Positions 18,149 through 27,790 are shown, counted from the first letter of the stretch. The stretch: 64,000 bases of DNA from a bacterium (GCA_004298665.1 SCQY01000356.1:17485-81484), one strand, 5' to 3'. Notes: a model not told the origin generated them from the letters alone. Translations and numbers: made by a program.

Positions 18149-19105
18149 TCATCGCAACTCAAGTGCGTCCGGAAGCCTCAACAGAAGAGGGCGAGCGAGC
18201 AGGAAGGAGGCCGTCAGCGTGAGCGTACCGGTCGCGACGGCTACCGCGAAGTGCCAGTCTGCGTGGGGCATCACCTGCGGTAGCAGGCCTACGGCGAGAG
18301 CCGGTGGGATGTGGAGGCGTAGCAGACGCAGCGTCGCGATTCCGATCAGCATCGCGACTGCGACCGACAGCGGTCCGGCCCCGAGTACGAGAATTGCACC
18401 CGCTCCGGCGGCTGCTGTGACGGTGCACGCCAGCGGCAGGGCACAAGGGCGTCTCGCCCAGAGACAGACTTCCGCGTGCGCGAACATTTCGAATGCGATG
18501 ACAACAAGCGGGGGAAACAGGATCAACCTGAGTCCGGTGACGACGGCTAGTCCGTAGGAGAGCAGGAGGAAAGCGATGAATACTGGCAACCAGGTGTAGC
18601 GTCGGGGCGTTCGCTCCATCTCGTCGTCTTCGGCGTCCGTAACGCTGGACGGCATCAGGTGAATCTGCGAGGCGAGCGTCCGGTTATAGGCGACGGACAG
18701 CAGCGAAAGCACGCCAGTCCCGGTCGCAATCGATAGGGGGTACCACCAGCTGGCGACCCCGAGTGTGAGCGGCAGGAACGCGGCAGAGATGGCCGGCGCG
18801 ACCGGCGAGCGCAGCAGCCGGATGAGCAGCATCGCGCCCGCGATGCAGATGGCCGCCGACCACATTCCGTAAGGCATCGTCTGTGCAACCAGGGTGCCCA
18901 CGGTCGCCGCAGCTGCGGGCGTAATCGCGAGCATCACCGGCGACCGGGCCCAAACGCCTGCCGGGCGTGTGAAGACGTCATAGGCTAAGGCTGCCAGCTC
19001 GGGAAAGAGCACGTACATCGCACCCGTGAGCAGTGCCGATTTCGCGACACCGCCAAGGAAAGCCAGCGAAGCCAGTTCGCCCAGGACCAGAAAAGGGAAG
19101 GGCAT
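18149..19105 (-). CDS. Polytopic membrane protein, possibly HPP-family (two repeated halves)
   Basis: 318 aa with about 8 TM segments. The H-I-P-P string (RLLRLHIPPALAVGLLPQV) and the related SPVAPAISAAFLPL suggest an HPP-like duplication. The family call is weak. Confidence 0.45.
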   Translation of the reverse strand: MPFPFLVLGELASLAFLGGVAKSALLTGAMYVLFPELAALAYDVFTRPAGVWARSPVMLAITPAAAATVGTLVAQTMPYGMWSAAICIAGAMLLIRLLRSPVAPAISAAFLPLTLGVASWWYPLSIATGTGVLSLLSVAYNRTLASQIHLMPSSVTDAEDDEMERTPRRYTWLPVFIAFLLLSYGLAVVTGLRLILFPPLVVIAFEMFAHAEVCLWARRPCALPLACTVTAAAGAGAILVLGAGPLSVAVAMLIGIATLRLLRLHIPPALAVGLLPQVMPHADWHFAVAVATGTLTLTASFLLARPLLLRLPDALELR

Positions 19106-19302
19106 CTTTTCGCTTGCAAGATCGTGACTACAGAAGAGAATCGAACCGGATGTTTCATGCGTTAGTCGTATGGCCGACGCCGATATTACGATCTTTTTGT
19201 TATAAGAAGCGCTGTCGGGCGACGTGTGTCTTTTCTACGTAAACAACGGGTGCGCGGTACGTCTAATGAAGACCAGCCGCACGCAAAGAGGACCCCCGGG
19301 TT

Positions 19303-20271
19303 ATGCATAGCACTTTTCCGTTGTTGCGCGAGACGGACTTCCCGCACATTCGACGCCGCTCACTGGAGTCACTGCAGGTCAACCTCGGCTACCGGTGCAA
19401 TCAGTCCTGCGTTCACTGTCACGTCGCTGCCGGGCCGAATCGCACCGAGGAAATGGGCCGCGATGTGGTCGATGTCATCGTGGCGGTGCTCGCAAGGCAC
19501 CGCATCCAGACGCTTGATCTAACGGGCGGCGCTCCTGAGCTGAATCCCCACTTCCGCTTTCTGGTGACGCAGGCGAGAGCGCTCGGCGTGCATGTCATTG
19601 ATCGATGCAACCTGACCATTCTTGAGGAGCCCGGGCAGGAGACACTGGCTTCGTTCCTGGCGAGCGAAGGGGTCGAGATTGTGGCTTCCCTGCCTTGCTA
19701 CTCGGAGGAGAACGTTGACAGGCAGCGTGGCGAGGGAGTGTTCGAGGCGAGCATTCGCGCGCTGAAACTGCTCAACCGCCTTGGGTACGGAGAGCAGGGC
19801 GCAGATCGTCTGGCTCTCAGCCTTGTCTACAACCCGCAGGGGCCGTCTCTGCCCCCACCGCAGAGAAGCCTCGAAGCCGATTATCGGCGGATACTCGGCG
19901 AGCGCTTCGGTATCCGATTTTCGCGTTTGATCACCATCGCGAATATGCCGATACAGCGGTTCGGCAGCACCCTGGTGTCGAAGGGTACGTTCGCCGCCTA
20001 CATGAAACTGCTCAAGGATAACTATGTTGCGTCGAACCTGGGCAGTGTCATGTGTCGCAGCCTGATCAGTGTCGACTGGCAAGGCTATCTGTACGACTGC
20101 GACTTTAACCAGATGTTGGGGTTGCCCGTACCGCGTGACGGAGCCAGTCGCGCGCAAGTGGCCGACCTGTTAAACGACGACCTCGTTGACAGCGTGATAC
20201 GGGTTGCAGACCACTGCTACGGGTGTACCGCCGGGCAGGGCAGCAGCTGCTCGGGCGCCCTGAAGGCATAG
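19303..20271 (+). CDS. arsS: ArsS-family radical SAM / Cys-rich-domain protein (TIGR04167-like)
   Basis: CNQSCVHCH radical-SAM triad, TGGAPELNP, and the C-terminal Cys-rich tail HCYGCTAGQGSSCSGALKA typical of this family. Confidence 0.8.
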   Translation: MHSTFPLLRETDFPHIRRRSLESLQVNLGYRCNQSCVHCHVAAGPNRTEEMGRDVVDVIVAVLARHRIQTLDLTGGAPELNPHFRFLVTQARALGVHVIDRCNLTILEEPGQETLASFLASEGVEIVASLPCYSEENVDRQRGEGVFEASIRALKLLNRLGYGEQGADRLALSLVYNPQGPSLPPPQRSLEADYRRILGERFGIRFSRLITIANMPIQRFGSTLVSKGTFAAYMKLLKDNYVASNLGSVMCRSLISVDWQGYLYDCDFNQMLGLPVPRDGASRAQVADLLNDDLVDSVIRVADHCYGCTAGQGSSCSGALKA

Positions 20272-21344
20272 TGCGGTATCCGGCGCGGGCGATCGACGGG
20301 GTCACCATTGATCAGGAGCGCCATCACCACAGAGGCAAGACCGTGGCACTTCCAGAACCAGGCAGAGTGTGTCCCCAGGACTACTATTACGGCGCAGGAT
20401 CACTGTCGCGGGTTGCTGAAATCGATGCGACCACGCTATATGTCGTAGGCGGCCTGTATGGCAACAGACCCGCACTCGACGCGATCGAGCTGCTGGCCAC
20501 GTCCGAGCGGGCGACACTCGTCTTCAACGGTGATTTCCACTGGTTCGACCGGAACGCGGCGAACTTCGCAGAGGTCAACCATCGTGTGCTGCGTCAGCAT
20601 GCCATCCGCGGCAACGTCGAAACGGAACTGAGCCGCACCGAGGAACTGGGAGCAGGATGCGGCTGCGCCTATCCGCCCGAGGTCGATCAGCAGATTGTCG
20701 ACTGGTCAAACGGTATCCTCCGCGAGTTGAGGGTTGCCGCCCAGGCGCGAGGCGGGCAATGCCAGGCGCTTGCGGCGCTGCCGACGACTCTCGTGGCCAC
20801 TGTCGGCGGAGTGCGGGTGGGTATCGTGCATGGTGACTGTGAGTCGCTTGCGGGGTGGCGGTTTTCCGCTGCATCCCTAAGACTTCCCGGTACACAGGAA
20901 TGGCTGGATAAGGTTCGCCTCCGTTCGCAAATTGATGTCTTTGCATCGTCGCATACCTGCCTGCCCGTGATGAGGTCGTTCGCGCTGCCTTCCGGTCCTA
21001 TGGTCGTGGCGAACAACGGCGCGGCAGGCATGGCGAATTTTGCGGGAACAACGTATGGCATTGTGACGCGGATCAGTACACGCCCGTGGCGCGGCCGCCC
21101 CCTGCACCGGGCGCAGATAGGCCGGGTGTTCGTTGAAGCGGTTCCCCTCCTGTTTGATCACGCGCATTGGCATTCGGAGTTTCTGTCGCAATGGCCGGCG
21201 GGCTCCGCCGCGCGGCTCTCGTACTGGGAGAGGATCGCTTCCGGGCCGGCGTACACCGCACTTGATGCATATCATCTTACGGATGAAGTCGGCCCACTTC
21301 ATGATCCAACGCATCGCGTTTGGATTCATCGAGCCAGCGCGTGA
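20271..21344 (+). CDS. Metallophosphoesterase-like protein
   Basis: The motif series LVFNGDFHWFD, IRGNVE, GIVHGD and ASSHTC resembles calcineurin-like phosphoesterases. The start is uncertain: GTG 20271 overlaps the arsS TAG, and alternatives are ATG 20223 or GTG near 20343. Confidence 0.6.
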   Translation: MRYPARAIDGVTIDQERHHHRGKTVALPEPGRVCPQDYYYGAGSLSRVAEIDATTLYVVGGLYGNRPALDAIELLATSERATLVFNGDFHWFDRNAANFAEVNHRVLRQHAIRGNVETELSRTEELGAGCGCAYPPEVDQQIVDWSNGILRELRVAAQARGGQCQALAALPTTLVATVGGVRVGIVHGDCESLAGWRFSAASLRLPGTQEWLDKVRLRSQIDVFASSHTCLPVMRSFALPSGPMVVANNGAAGMANFAGTTYGIVTRISTRPWRGRPLHRAQIGRVFVEAVPLLFDHAHWHSEFLSQWPAGSAARLSYWERIASGPAYTALDAYHLTDEVGPLHDPTHRVWIHRASA

Positions 21345-21627
21345 TCTGATCAGTTCGGGCCAGATGCTGTTCGCGACACCCACCTGATGACGATCGTGGT
21401 CTTTTCGTCCTGTCCCGGCACAGAACTGGCGTAAGCGATGTTCGGCGGATCAGGGAGGGACACTCCAGATCCTGTAAGCAATGCCTGAGCGAAACGACTA
21501 ATCAGTAGGGTTATTCGATTCGGGTGGGCTGTTCGCTTGCTGTGCCCTCGGGTCTCGCCGGCGCCGACAGTTTTCAGGGCATCGTCGTGCCACCCTGCGA
21601 ACAGACTGTTTCCGCAAGGAGGGATAA

Positions 21628-22530
21628 ATGGATTTCTTCTGTTCAACTGTCGGACGCCGTCTGGCTCATTTCCTGTCGGCACGTGTCGAAGTCAGAACAA
21701 TCGCACCAGCCACTTCTTCTAGCCTCCTGCTGTCATGTCTAATTCCCGGGGATGTCATTCTTGTCGAGGGCAATACACGAATCAGCGGTGCGATCAGATA
21801 CCTGACGCAGTCCACGTGGTCACACGCCGCGCTATTCGTCGGCGACCACGTTGCCGGAAGGCCCCGGGCGTTTGTTGAAGCTGACCTCGTTGAGGGCGTG
21901 CGCATCGCAGGCGCAGACCAATTCGAAGGACTCAATACTCGGATATGCCGTCCGGTCGGTCTGACAGACGGCGATAGAACGCGATTGTGCCAGTTCGCGA
22001 TTTCCCGGGTCGGGCAGCAGTACGACCTGAGAAATATCATCGACCTTGCGCGCTACCTGCTGCCGACGCCGCCCGTCCCACAACGGTTTCGCAGAAAACT
22101 GCTGGCCCTCGGGAGCGGCAGTCCGACCCGGGCAATATGCTCCACACTGATCGCGCTTGCCTTTCAGGAGATCGGCTATCCGATACTGCCTGGCGTGCAC
22201 CGGGAGAAGGCCGGGGTGCCGGGGTGCGATGCATGTTTTGACGAGATACTGTCGGTACGTCACCACAGTCTCTTCGTTCCGCGTGACTTCGACGTGTCGC
22301 CGTATTTTGCGATCGTGAAGCCCACTATCGAGGTGGGCTTTGACTACTTGACCCTGATGTGGGAAGTGGCGGATGCCCGTTCTTCGGCCCAGGAAGTTGA
22401 GGCGATGGTTGTGGCCCCACGGTGTGCGGATCCGCATACCGTCGACCACGAGCGCCCCGTCTTGCATGCAAGGACAAGCTGTTGCGAGCCAGAGGACCCC
22501 GAAAGACCGGCGGGTCGACGGTTGATCTAA
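21628..22530 (+). CDS. YiiX/lipo-like (permuted papain/NlpC-P60 fold) hydrolase-like protein
   Basis: GDVILVEG...SGAIRYLTQSTWSHAALFVG ... AICSTLIALAFQEIGYP is the pattern I associate with the YiiX/C92 'lipo-like' family. The C-terminal ~70 aa are low-complexity. Confidence 0.5.
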   Translation: MDFFCSTVGRRLAHFLSARVEVRTIAPATSSSLLLSCLIPGDVILVEGNTRISGAIRYLTQSTWSHAALFVGDHVAGRPRAFVEADLVEGVRIAGADQFEGLNTRICRPVGLTDGDRTRLCQFAISRVGQQYDLRNIIDLARYLLPTPPVPQRFRRKLLALGSGSPTRAICSTLIALAFQEIGYPILPGVHREKAGVPGCDACFDEILSVRHHSLFVPRDFDVSPYFAIVKPTIEVGFDYLTLMWEVADARSSAQEVEAMVVAPRCADPHTVDHERPVLHARTSCCEPEDPERPAGRRLI

Positions 22531-23077
22531 CGTCGTCTTCGACATCGCCGGCACTCTCACCAACGGCACTAGCGCGAGATTGCTCGGACCCGTGTGCATG
22601 GTCTCCGAAGGGGCCGGGCAGTGCAGGTAGCCGCACAGAACTCCTGTAATCAATGGGGTTGTAGACCGTCCAAAGAACATGGAGCAATCGAGTGCCCGAC
22701 AAACGCTGGGCTCACCATCCCGGCTCCCGCGGCTGAAGCGAGGATGCGTGGGGCATGACTGCATGATCGCATCCTGGCGCGTGTCCCGTTTGTGCTTCGC
22801 CTGGCAACAGGGTGATAGCGCAGCGTGCCCGGATCGTTTGCCGAAGTCCTCCACCATGTCATGCCCCTATGACATGGCCCTTCCCCCGCTTCCGAGCGGG
22901 TTTTTTTTAAGGGTGGGTTTCCTGGTTCCGTGCGGGACGGCGGTGGTGCGCTTCTGCTGTTTAGAATTTGTAGACGGCTGCGGCCTTCGAGGCTGGAACC
23001 CGGTCGGGCCACGCTGAAACGCAGCACGCAGCGCGACCGTGCATCACTTCCGTCATCACTTGAGAGGAGCCTGATCG

Positions 23078-23683
23078 ATGCTGGATACACGCGCGCGCGC
23101 GCTGGTGCAACCTGTACTAGAAATCATTGCCCGTGCGTGTGCGCGCGTCGGCATTTCGGCGAACGCGTTGACGCTGACGGGCATGCTCTCGGGTGTCGCG
23201 GCAGCCGGTCTCGTCGCCAGTGGGTGGAGTAGGTGGGGTGTGGCGACGTTGTGGATTTCGGGCACGCTGGACGCGGCCGACGGCACCTTGGCGCGAATGA
23301 CCCGATCGAGTCCCCTCGGCGCTATCATGGACATCACGTCCGACCGCGTGGTAGAGGTCGCCATGATCCTCGCGCTTGCGTGGCGGTATCCTGCCGCGCG
23401 ACTAGAACTGCTGGTGCTCACGGGCGTGATCGTGATCGCCATGTCACTATTTCTGTCTATCGCCGCCGCGGTTGTGAATCACTCTGCCAAGTCCTTTCAT
23501 TACGCTCCTGGCCTCGGCGAACGCACCGAGGCGTTCGTCTGCCTGTCCTTGATGACACTCAATGGCACTCATCTGCGCGTCTGGACATGGGTGTTCATCG
23601 GCGTAATCGTCGTGACGATTGTCCAGCGCTTTGCCCAGGTCCGCAGACTGTTGTCGGGTTCGAATGGGACGAAGCGCGGTTGA
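23078..23683 (+). CDS. CDP-alcohol phosphatidyltransferase family protein
   Basis: Signature D-G-x2-A-R-x8-G-x3-D-x3-D is present: LDAADGTLARMTRSSPLGAIMDITSDRVVE. 201 aa with about 5 TM segments. Confidence 0.85.
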   Translation: MLDTRARALVQPVLEIIARACARVGISANALTLTGMLSGVAAAGLVASGWSRWGVATLWISGTLDAADGTLARMTRSSPLGAIMDITSDRVVEVAMILALAWRYPAARLELLVLTGVIVIAMSLFLSIAAAVVNHSAKSFHYAPGLGERTEAFVCLSLMTLNGTHLRVWTWVFIGVIVVTIVQRFAQVRRLLSGSNGTKRG

Positions 23684-23994
23684 GCGCCTGATCATGCACG
23701 GTCCCGTGTTGCCCACACCTGCCGGACACTGCGGACGCCGCGGAATCCCGTTGGCGCTGGAAGCAGGAGCCGTTGGCGACGCGCTTTTCGTTGGCGGACC
23801 GGAGTAAGGGGCGTGGCTCATACCCAGCTATTATCCATCAAGGTTCGGGCCTTGCGGCGGGTGAGAGCGAAACCGTTGCCAACTGGGCTAGCGTGCCCTT
23901 GGGCCAGGAGATACACGACGTTGCCGTCGGTGCCGATACCTCGGCGAAGCGTCGAGCGCGATACAAACTGATTGATCGTGAAGGGGTAACTCTC

Positions 23995-25377
23995 ATGCCT
24001 TACATGTCTGACGATGAGGTGCGTGCTTACGGGGTAGAGATATGGCCACGGTCGCCTGCTGAAGCGCTTGCGCGCACCCGAACAATGCTCGACAAGCTTG
24101 GGCTAGCACGGCCTGGCCAGCAGATGGGCCAGCGGTGGCCAATCGGATGCGTGGCGCTGGAAATCACCCAGCGCTGCAACCTGGACTGCACGCTGTGCTA
24201 CCTGTCCGAAAATTCGGAGGCGGTCAAGGATATTCCGCTCGACGTGGTGCTTGCCAGAGTCGACAGGATTTACCGATCCTACGGTAAAAACACTGACGTG
24301 CAGGTCACCGGCGGCGAGCCGACGTTGCGCAAGTCCGACGAACTGCTCGCCATCGTGCGCAGGATTCACGCGCTGGGCATGCGGGCGACACTGATGACAA
24401 ATGGCATTTGCGCCACGCGTGCGCTGCTCGAGGAACTGGTGGCTGCCGGTCTCTCGGATGTTGCGTTCCATGTCGATACGACGCAGCAGCGACGAGGCTA
24501 TGAGACCGAAGCCGAATTGGACACCCTGCGCCAGCGGTATCTCGACCGCGCCGCAGGCCTGCCGCTGTCGGTGATGTTCAACACGACGGTCCACGACGGA
24601 AACTTCGACCAGATTCCATCTGTTGTCGCGTTCTTCCGCTCTCGCGCGGGTCAGGTCCGCACGGCCTCATTCCAGTTGCAGGCCGATATCGGCCGCGGGG
24701 TGCGACGCAGGCGTGGTCCGGGCATTACACCCGATACTGCCGCGGTACAGATCGAGCAGGGTGCGGGAACGTCGATCCAGTTCGCCGCTTCGCTGATTGG
24801 TCATCCCTCGTGCAGCCGCTACAGCATGTGCCTGGCGGCGAACGGCAACTTGTATGACGCTTTCGACAACCTGCACTTTGTGAGCACCATGCAGAAGGCT
24901 ACGGCCGCCGTGGTGTTTGACCGGACCCGCCCGCTCGCGACCGCTGGTCGTCTGGCTCTCTGGCTGGGCCGGCACCCCATCCTGTGGCCGCGCGTTATAT
25001 CGTGGCTGTTGAGAAAGGGGTGGGAAATGAGGAAGGATCTCGTGGCGAGCAGGGGGCACGTGCGCACCCTCTCGTTTGTCATTCACAATTTCATGGACGG
25101 GAGAAGGCTGGAAGAGGATCGGATTGCCGCCTGCGCCTTCAAGGTAGTCACCGACGACGGCCCCGTCTCCATGTGTCTACACAACGCACGGCGCGACACG
25201 TTCATCTTGCGGCCAATCCGGCTCCATCGCACCACGCTCCCACTGTTTTGGGACCCGGTGCGCGGTGTCGAGACAACGGAGTTCATTGAGCCGGCTAGGA
25301 CAGATGTCGACGCGAGTCAACGCGGACGACAGAAAAGTCGCTCGCGCAACAAGGCACCGCAGCCGGCGAACGTATAG
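23995..25377 (+). CDS. Radical SAM protein (second one in the cluster)
   Basis: ATG 23995 follows gaagggg. EITQRCNLDCTLCYL (CxxxCxxC), VQVTGGEPTL, and a C-terminal Cys-containing region (AACAFKVVTDDGPVSMCLHN). The longer ORF from 23773 is rejected. Confidence 0.8.
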   Translation: MPYMSDDEVRAYGVEIWPRSPAEALARTRTMLDKLGLARPGQQMGQRWPIGCVALEITQRCNLDCTLCYLSENSEAVKDIPLDVVLARVDRIYRSYGKNTDVQVTGGEPTLRKSDELLAIVRRIHALGMRATLMTNGICATRALLEELVAAGLSDVAFHVDTTQQRRGYETEAELDTLRQRYLDRAAGLPLSVMFNTTVHDGNFDQIPSVVAFFRSRAGQVRTASFQLQADIGRGVRRRRGPGITPDTAAVQIEQGAGTSIQFAASLIGHPSCSRYSMCLAANGNLYDAFDNLHFVSTMQKATAAVVFDRTRPLATAGRLALWLGRHPILWPRVISWLLRKGWEMRKDLVASRGHVRTLSFVIHNFMDGRRLEEDRIAACAFKVVTDDGPVSMCLHNARRDTFILRPIRLHRTTLPLFWDPVRGVETTEFIEPARTDVDASQRGRQKSRSRNKAPQPANV

Positions 25378-25385
25378 GACAACGG

Positions 25386-26201
25386 ATGCATTCCTTCTGG
25401 CGGCATCTGCGAAGGCTGTTTGCCAGACTTCGCAACCCTCTGCTCCACCTGTGCATGGCGCTGGCGCTGGGCTGGGCGGCGCCATGCGTCGCACAGAACG
25501 CGGCGGCTGACGCAGACGTTCATTGGGCGCGTGTGCTCCACAAGTATGTGAATGATCGCGGGCAGGTTGACTTCTGTGGGCTCGTCAATGACCAGGCCGA
25601 TCTTCGAGCTTACGTCGACTATATCGGACGCGTGAGTCCAGAAAACACGCCGGCCGCATTTCCGACCCGCGACGCAGCGCTTGCCTACTACATCAATTCC
25701 TACAATTCGCTCGCCATGCTCAACGTCATCGTCTCGGGCATGCCGAAGGAATTGGGATTACTCACCCGCGTGTGGTTTTTTGGTGGCAGGCGTTTTACGA
25801 TCGGCGGAAAACCGATGACACTCTATACCTATGAAAACAGCGTGATCCGCGCAGTCGGGGATGAACGGGTTCATTTTGCGCTGAATTGCATGTCGGTCGG
25901 TTGTCCGCAACTGCCCAACGAGCCATTCTCCAGCATACGCCTGGATGCGCAGCTTGACGCGGCGGCGCGGCATTTTTTCAGCGAGTCACGAAATCTCCAA
26001 ATTGATCCGGTACGCCACACTGTCCGGGTGTCGTCGATCCTGAAATTCTATAAGGACGATTTTCTGAAACGCAGCCCGACGCTGATCGCCTACATCGGTC
26101 GCTACGCGCTGGTTAAGATACCCGCGAACGCGCAGCTTGAATTCATACCGTACGACTGGACCGTCAACGCGCAAAGCCGCAGCTGTCAGTCTTCGGGTTG
26201 A
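25386..26201 (+). CDS. DUF547 domain protein (signal peptide)
   Basis: LAYYINSYNSLAMLNVI ... ENSVIRAVGDERVHFALNCMSVGCPQLPNEPF are typical DUF547 strings. Starts 8 nt after the radical-SAM stop. Confidence 0.75.
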   Translation: MHSFWRHLRRLFARLRNPLLHLCMALALGWAAPCVAQNAAADADVHWARVLHKYVNDRGQVDFCGLVNDQADLRAYVDYIGRVSPENTPAAFPTRDAALAYYINSYNSLAMLNVIVSGMPKELGLLTRVWFFGGRRFTIGGKPMTLYTYENSVIRAVGDERVHFALNCMSVGCPQLPNEPFSSIRLDAQLDAAARHFFSESRNLQIDPVRHTVRVSSILKFYKDDFLKRSPTLIAYIGRYALVKIPANAQLEFIPYDWTVNAQSRSCQSSG

Positions 26202-26394
26202 CGTAACCTTTGGCTCGCCAGAACGAAGTAGTAAGTACGGAAACACGCCGGGACTGATGTCCGTTTGGACGGCTCTCGATCGGCATGCTCTTCCTTCCGC
26301 ACCTCACACCGCGATTCGCGGCCCGATCAATCGGAATCGCGTTTTCTTCACCGATCGCACCTACGTCATCTTCCGGATGACCGGGAGTCCTACC

Positions 26395-26841
26395 ATGAGA
26401 CATTCATTTTTTAGCGGCGCTCCAGTACGCGCCACCCTTGCTGCGTCGGCTCTGGCGCTGTACGCAGTCGCACTCGCTACGCCCGCATCGGCCCAAGGTA
26501 ATCCGGCCGCTTCGATGCCGGTCACCCGCGCGCAGGTCAGGGCGGAACTGGGGGAACTGGTTGGCGCCGGCTACAACCCGCGGGACTGGTACCACTATCC
26601 GGACAATCTCCAAGCGGCTGAGCTGATTATCGAGCAGCGGCACTCAGCGAGCGCGCTTGCAAGCGGACAGCCCTTACCGCAGACCCGAGCCGTCGCGGAT
26701 ACCTCGAGCGCAGCGATGACCAATGAGGCGGTCGGCGGTGTGAAGAGCGGGACGTCCATGTCCGGCAGCCCGAATTCCGACGTGATCCCGTCGACATGTC
26801 ACGGCTTCCCCGTCTGCACGTTGCCTTACATTGGGCGGTAA
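26395..26841 (+). CDS. DUF4148 domain secreted protein
   Basis: MRHSFFSGAPVRATLAASALALYAVALATPASA signal peptide, then TRAQVRAELGELVGAGYNP (DUF4148 core). Internal ATG chosen. Confidence 0.7.
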   Translation: MRHSFFSGAPVRATLAASALALYAVALATPASAQGNPAASMPVTRAQVRAELGELVGAGYNPRDWYHYPDNLQAAELIIEQRHSASALASGQPLPQTRAVADTSSAAMTNEAVGGVKSGTSMSGSPNSDVIPSTCHGFPVCTLPYIGR

Positions 26842-27016
26842 GATGAAAAGCGAGGAAGCAAGGGCGCTCAGTGTCGTGCGCTAGGCGCGGCGCCGAGCGC
26901 TCGTTGACGCAAGACAAGAGGCGTCTCTGTCGAGCAGGTAGGCTAGGGACGATTCAAGGCGCAGAAAGATGTGGCGGAACGGGTCGCCGACCGGCGGCGT
27001 AACTGGAGCCAGAAAA

Positions 27017-27286
27017 ATGACGTGGTCCAACCAGCCAGGAGAATTCGGCTGCGGGTACGGGATGATGGGAGGCTTTGGTTGGCTCTTCGTTGTCCTGGTC
27101 GCCGTGGTCGTGGTCGCTGCGGTTCTTGTTCTGTACCGTCGCTCGGATGACTATCGAAACCGACAGATACGCGGCAGTTCGCCGCTCGACATTCTTGATG
27201 AGCGTTATGCTCGAGGTGAGATCGATGGTGACGAGTACAAGAAACGGCGCGCCGATTTGGAGCGCCGAAGTGGAGGTCAATCATGA
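27017..27286 (+). CDS. SHOCT domain membrane protein
   Basis: One TM segment (FGWLFVVLVAVVVVAAVLVLY), then LDILDERYARGEIDGDEYKKRRADL (SHOCT). Confidence 0.7.
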   Translation: MTWSNQPGEFGCGYGMMGGFGWLFVVLVAVVVVAAVLVLYRRSDDYRNRQIRGSSPLDILDERYARGEIDGDEYKKRRADLERRSGGQS

Positions 27287-27540
27287 ACATGATCTATAAC
27301 AGCGCCCACTACTATGTGCTTGAGTACGATGTGCAATCCGGTCATGACACACTGGGTTGTGGTGCCTATGAAATCGCAGATAAGGCTGCTCAGCGCGAGG
27401 CGCTTCTCTATGGGAAGCTTGCCTGTCGCTTCCGCGAGCAAGCGCGCCAATTGGCTGAAGTCGAGGCTACGCAAGACGAAATAGACGACTTCCTCGGCCA
27501 GTTCGACGGCCTGATGGGGCAGTCGGTCACGCTCCAGTAG
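27283..27540 (+). CDS. DUF3567 family protein
   Basis: MNMIYNSAHYYVLEY...YEIADK...DEIDDFLGQFDGLMGQ matches my recollection of the Burkholderiales DUF3567 family. ATGA overlap with the SHOCT gene. Confidence 0.6.
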   Translation: MNMIYNSAHYYVLEYDVQSGHDTLGCGAYEIADKAAQREALLYGKLACRFREQARQLAEVEATQDEIDDFLGQFDGLMGQSVTLQ

Positions 27541-27585
27541 TCGTGATGGCGTTCCCTTGACACGACCCCGGACTTCGGAGCCACG

Positions 27586-27790
27586 TCACGGCGTCTGGTA
27601 GACCACGCAATGGCGCTCGGTGAACTCGAGCAGCTTGGCGCGCTCCTCGGCGCTCGCGTCGGTTCCGAGCGTAATCGTCAACCGAATCTGGCAAAAACCG
27701 ACTGGGGCATCTTTGGCGACACCGAGCGGGCCGCGGAAGTCGCGTGAGTGCAGAAAAACGCGAGCGGAAGATGCGCATGGACGGATACCG
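27586..27790 (-). pseudogene. OsmC/Ohr-like C-terminal fragment
   Basis: My own reverse translation, in a frame different from ORF 27527..28243: ...VGFCQIRLTITLGTDASAEERAKLLEFTERHCVVYQTP*. This is the OsmC-type tail pattern (I.L......s.ee...ll..aE..CpV..t). No N-terminal part is present. Confidence 0.35.

Noticed and set aside
21832-22857. 341-aa reverse ORF
   Set aside because: Antisense to the YiiX-like gene. The translation is Arg/Pro/Gly-rich with no motifs. A high-GC shadow ORF.
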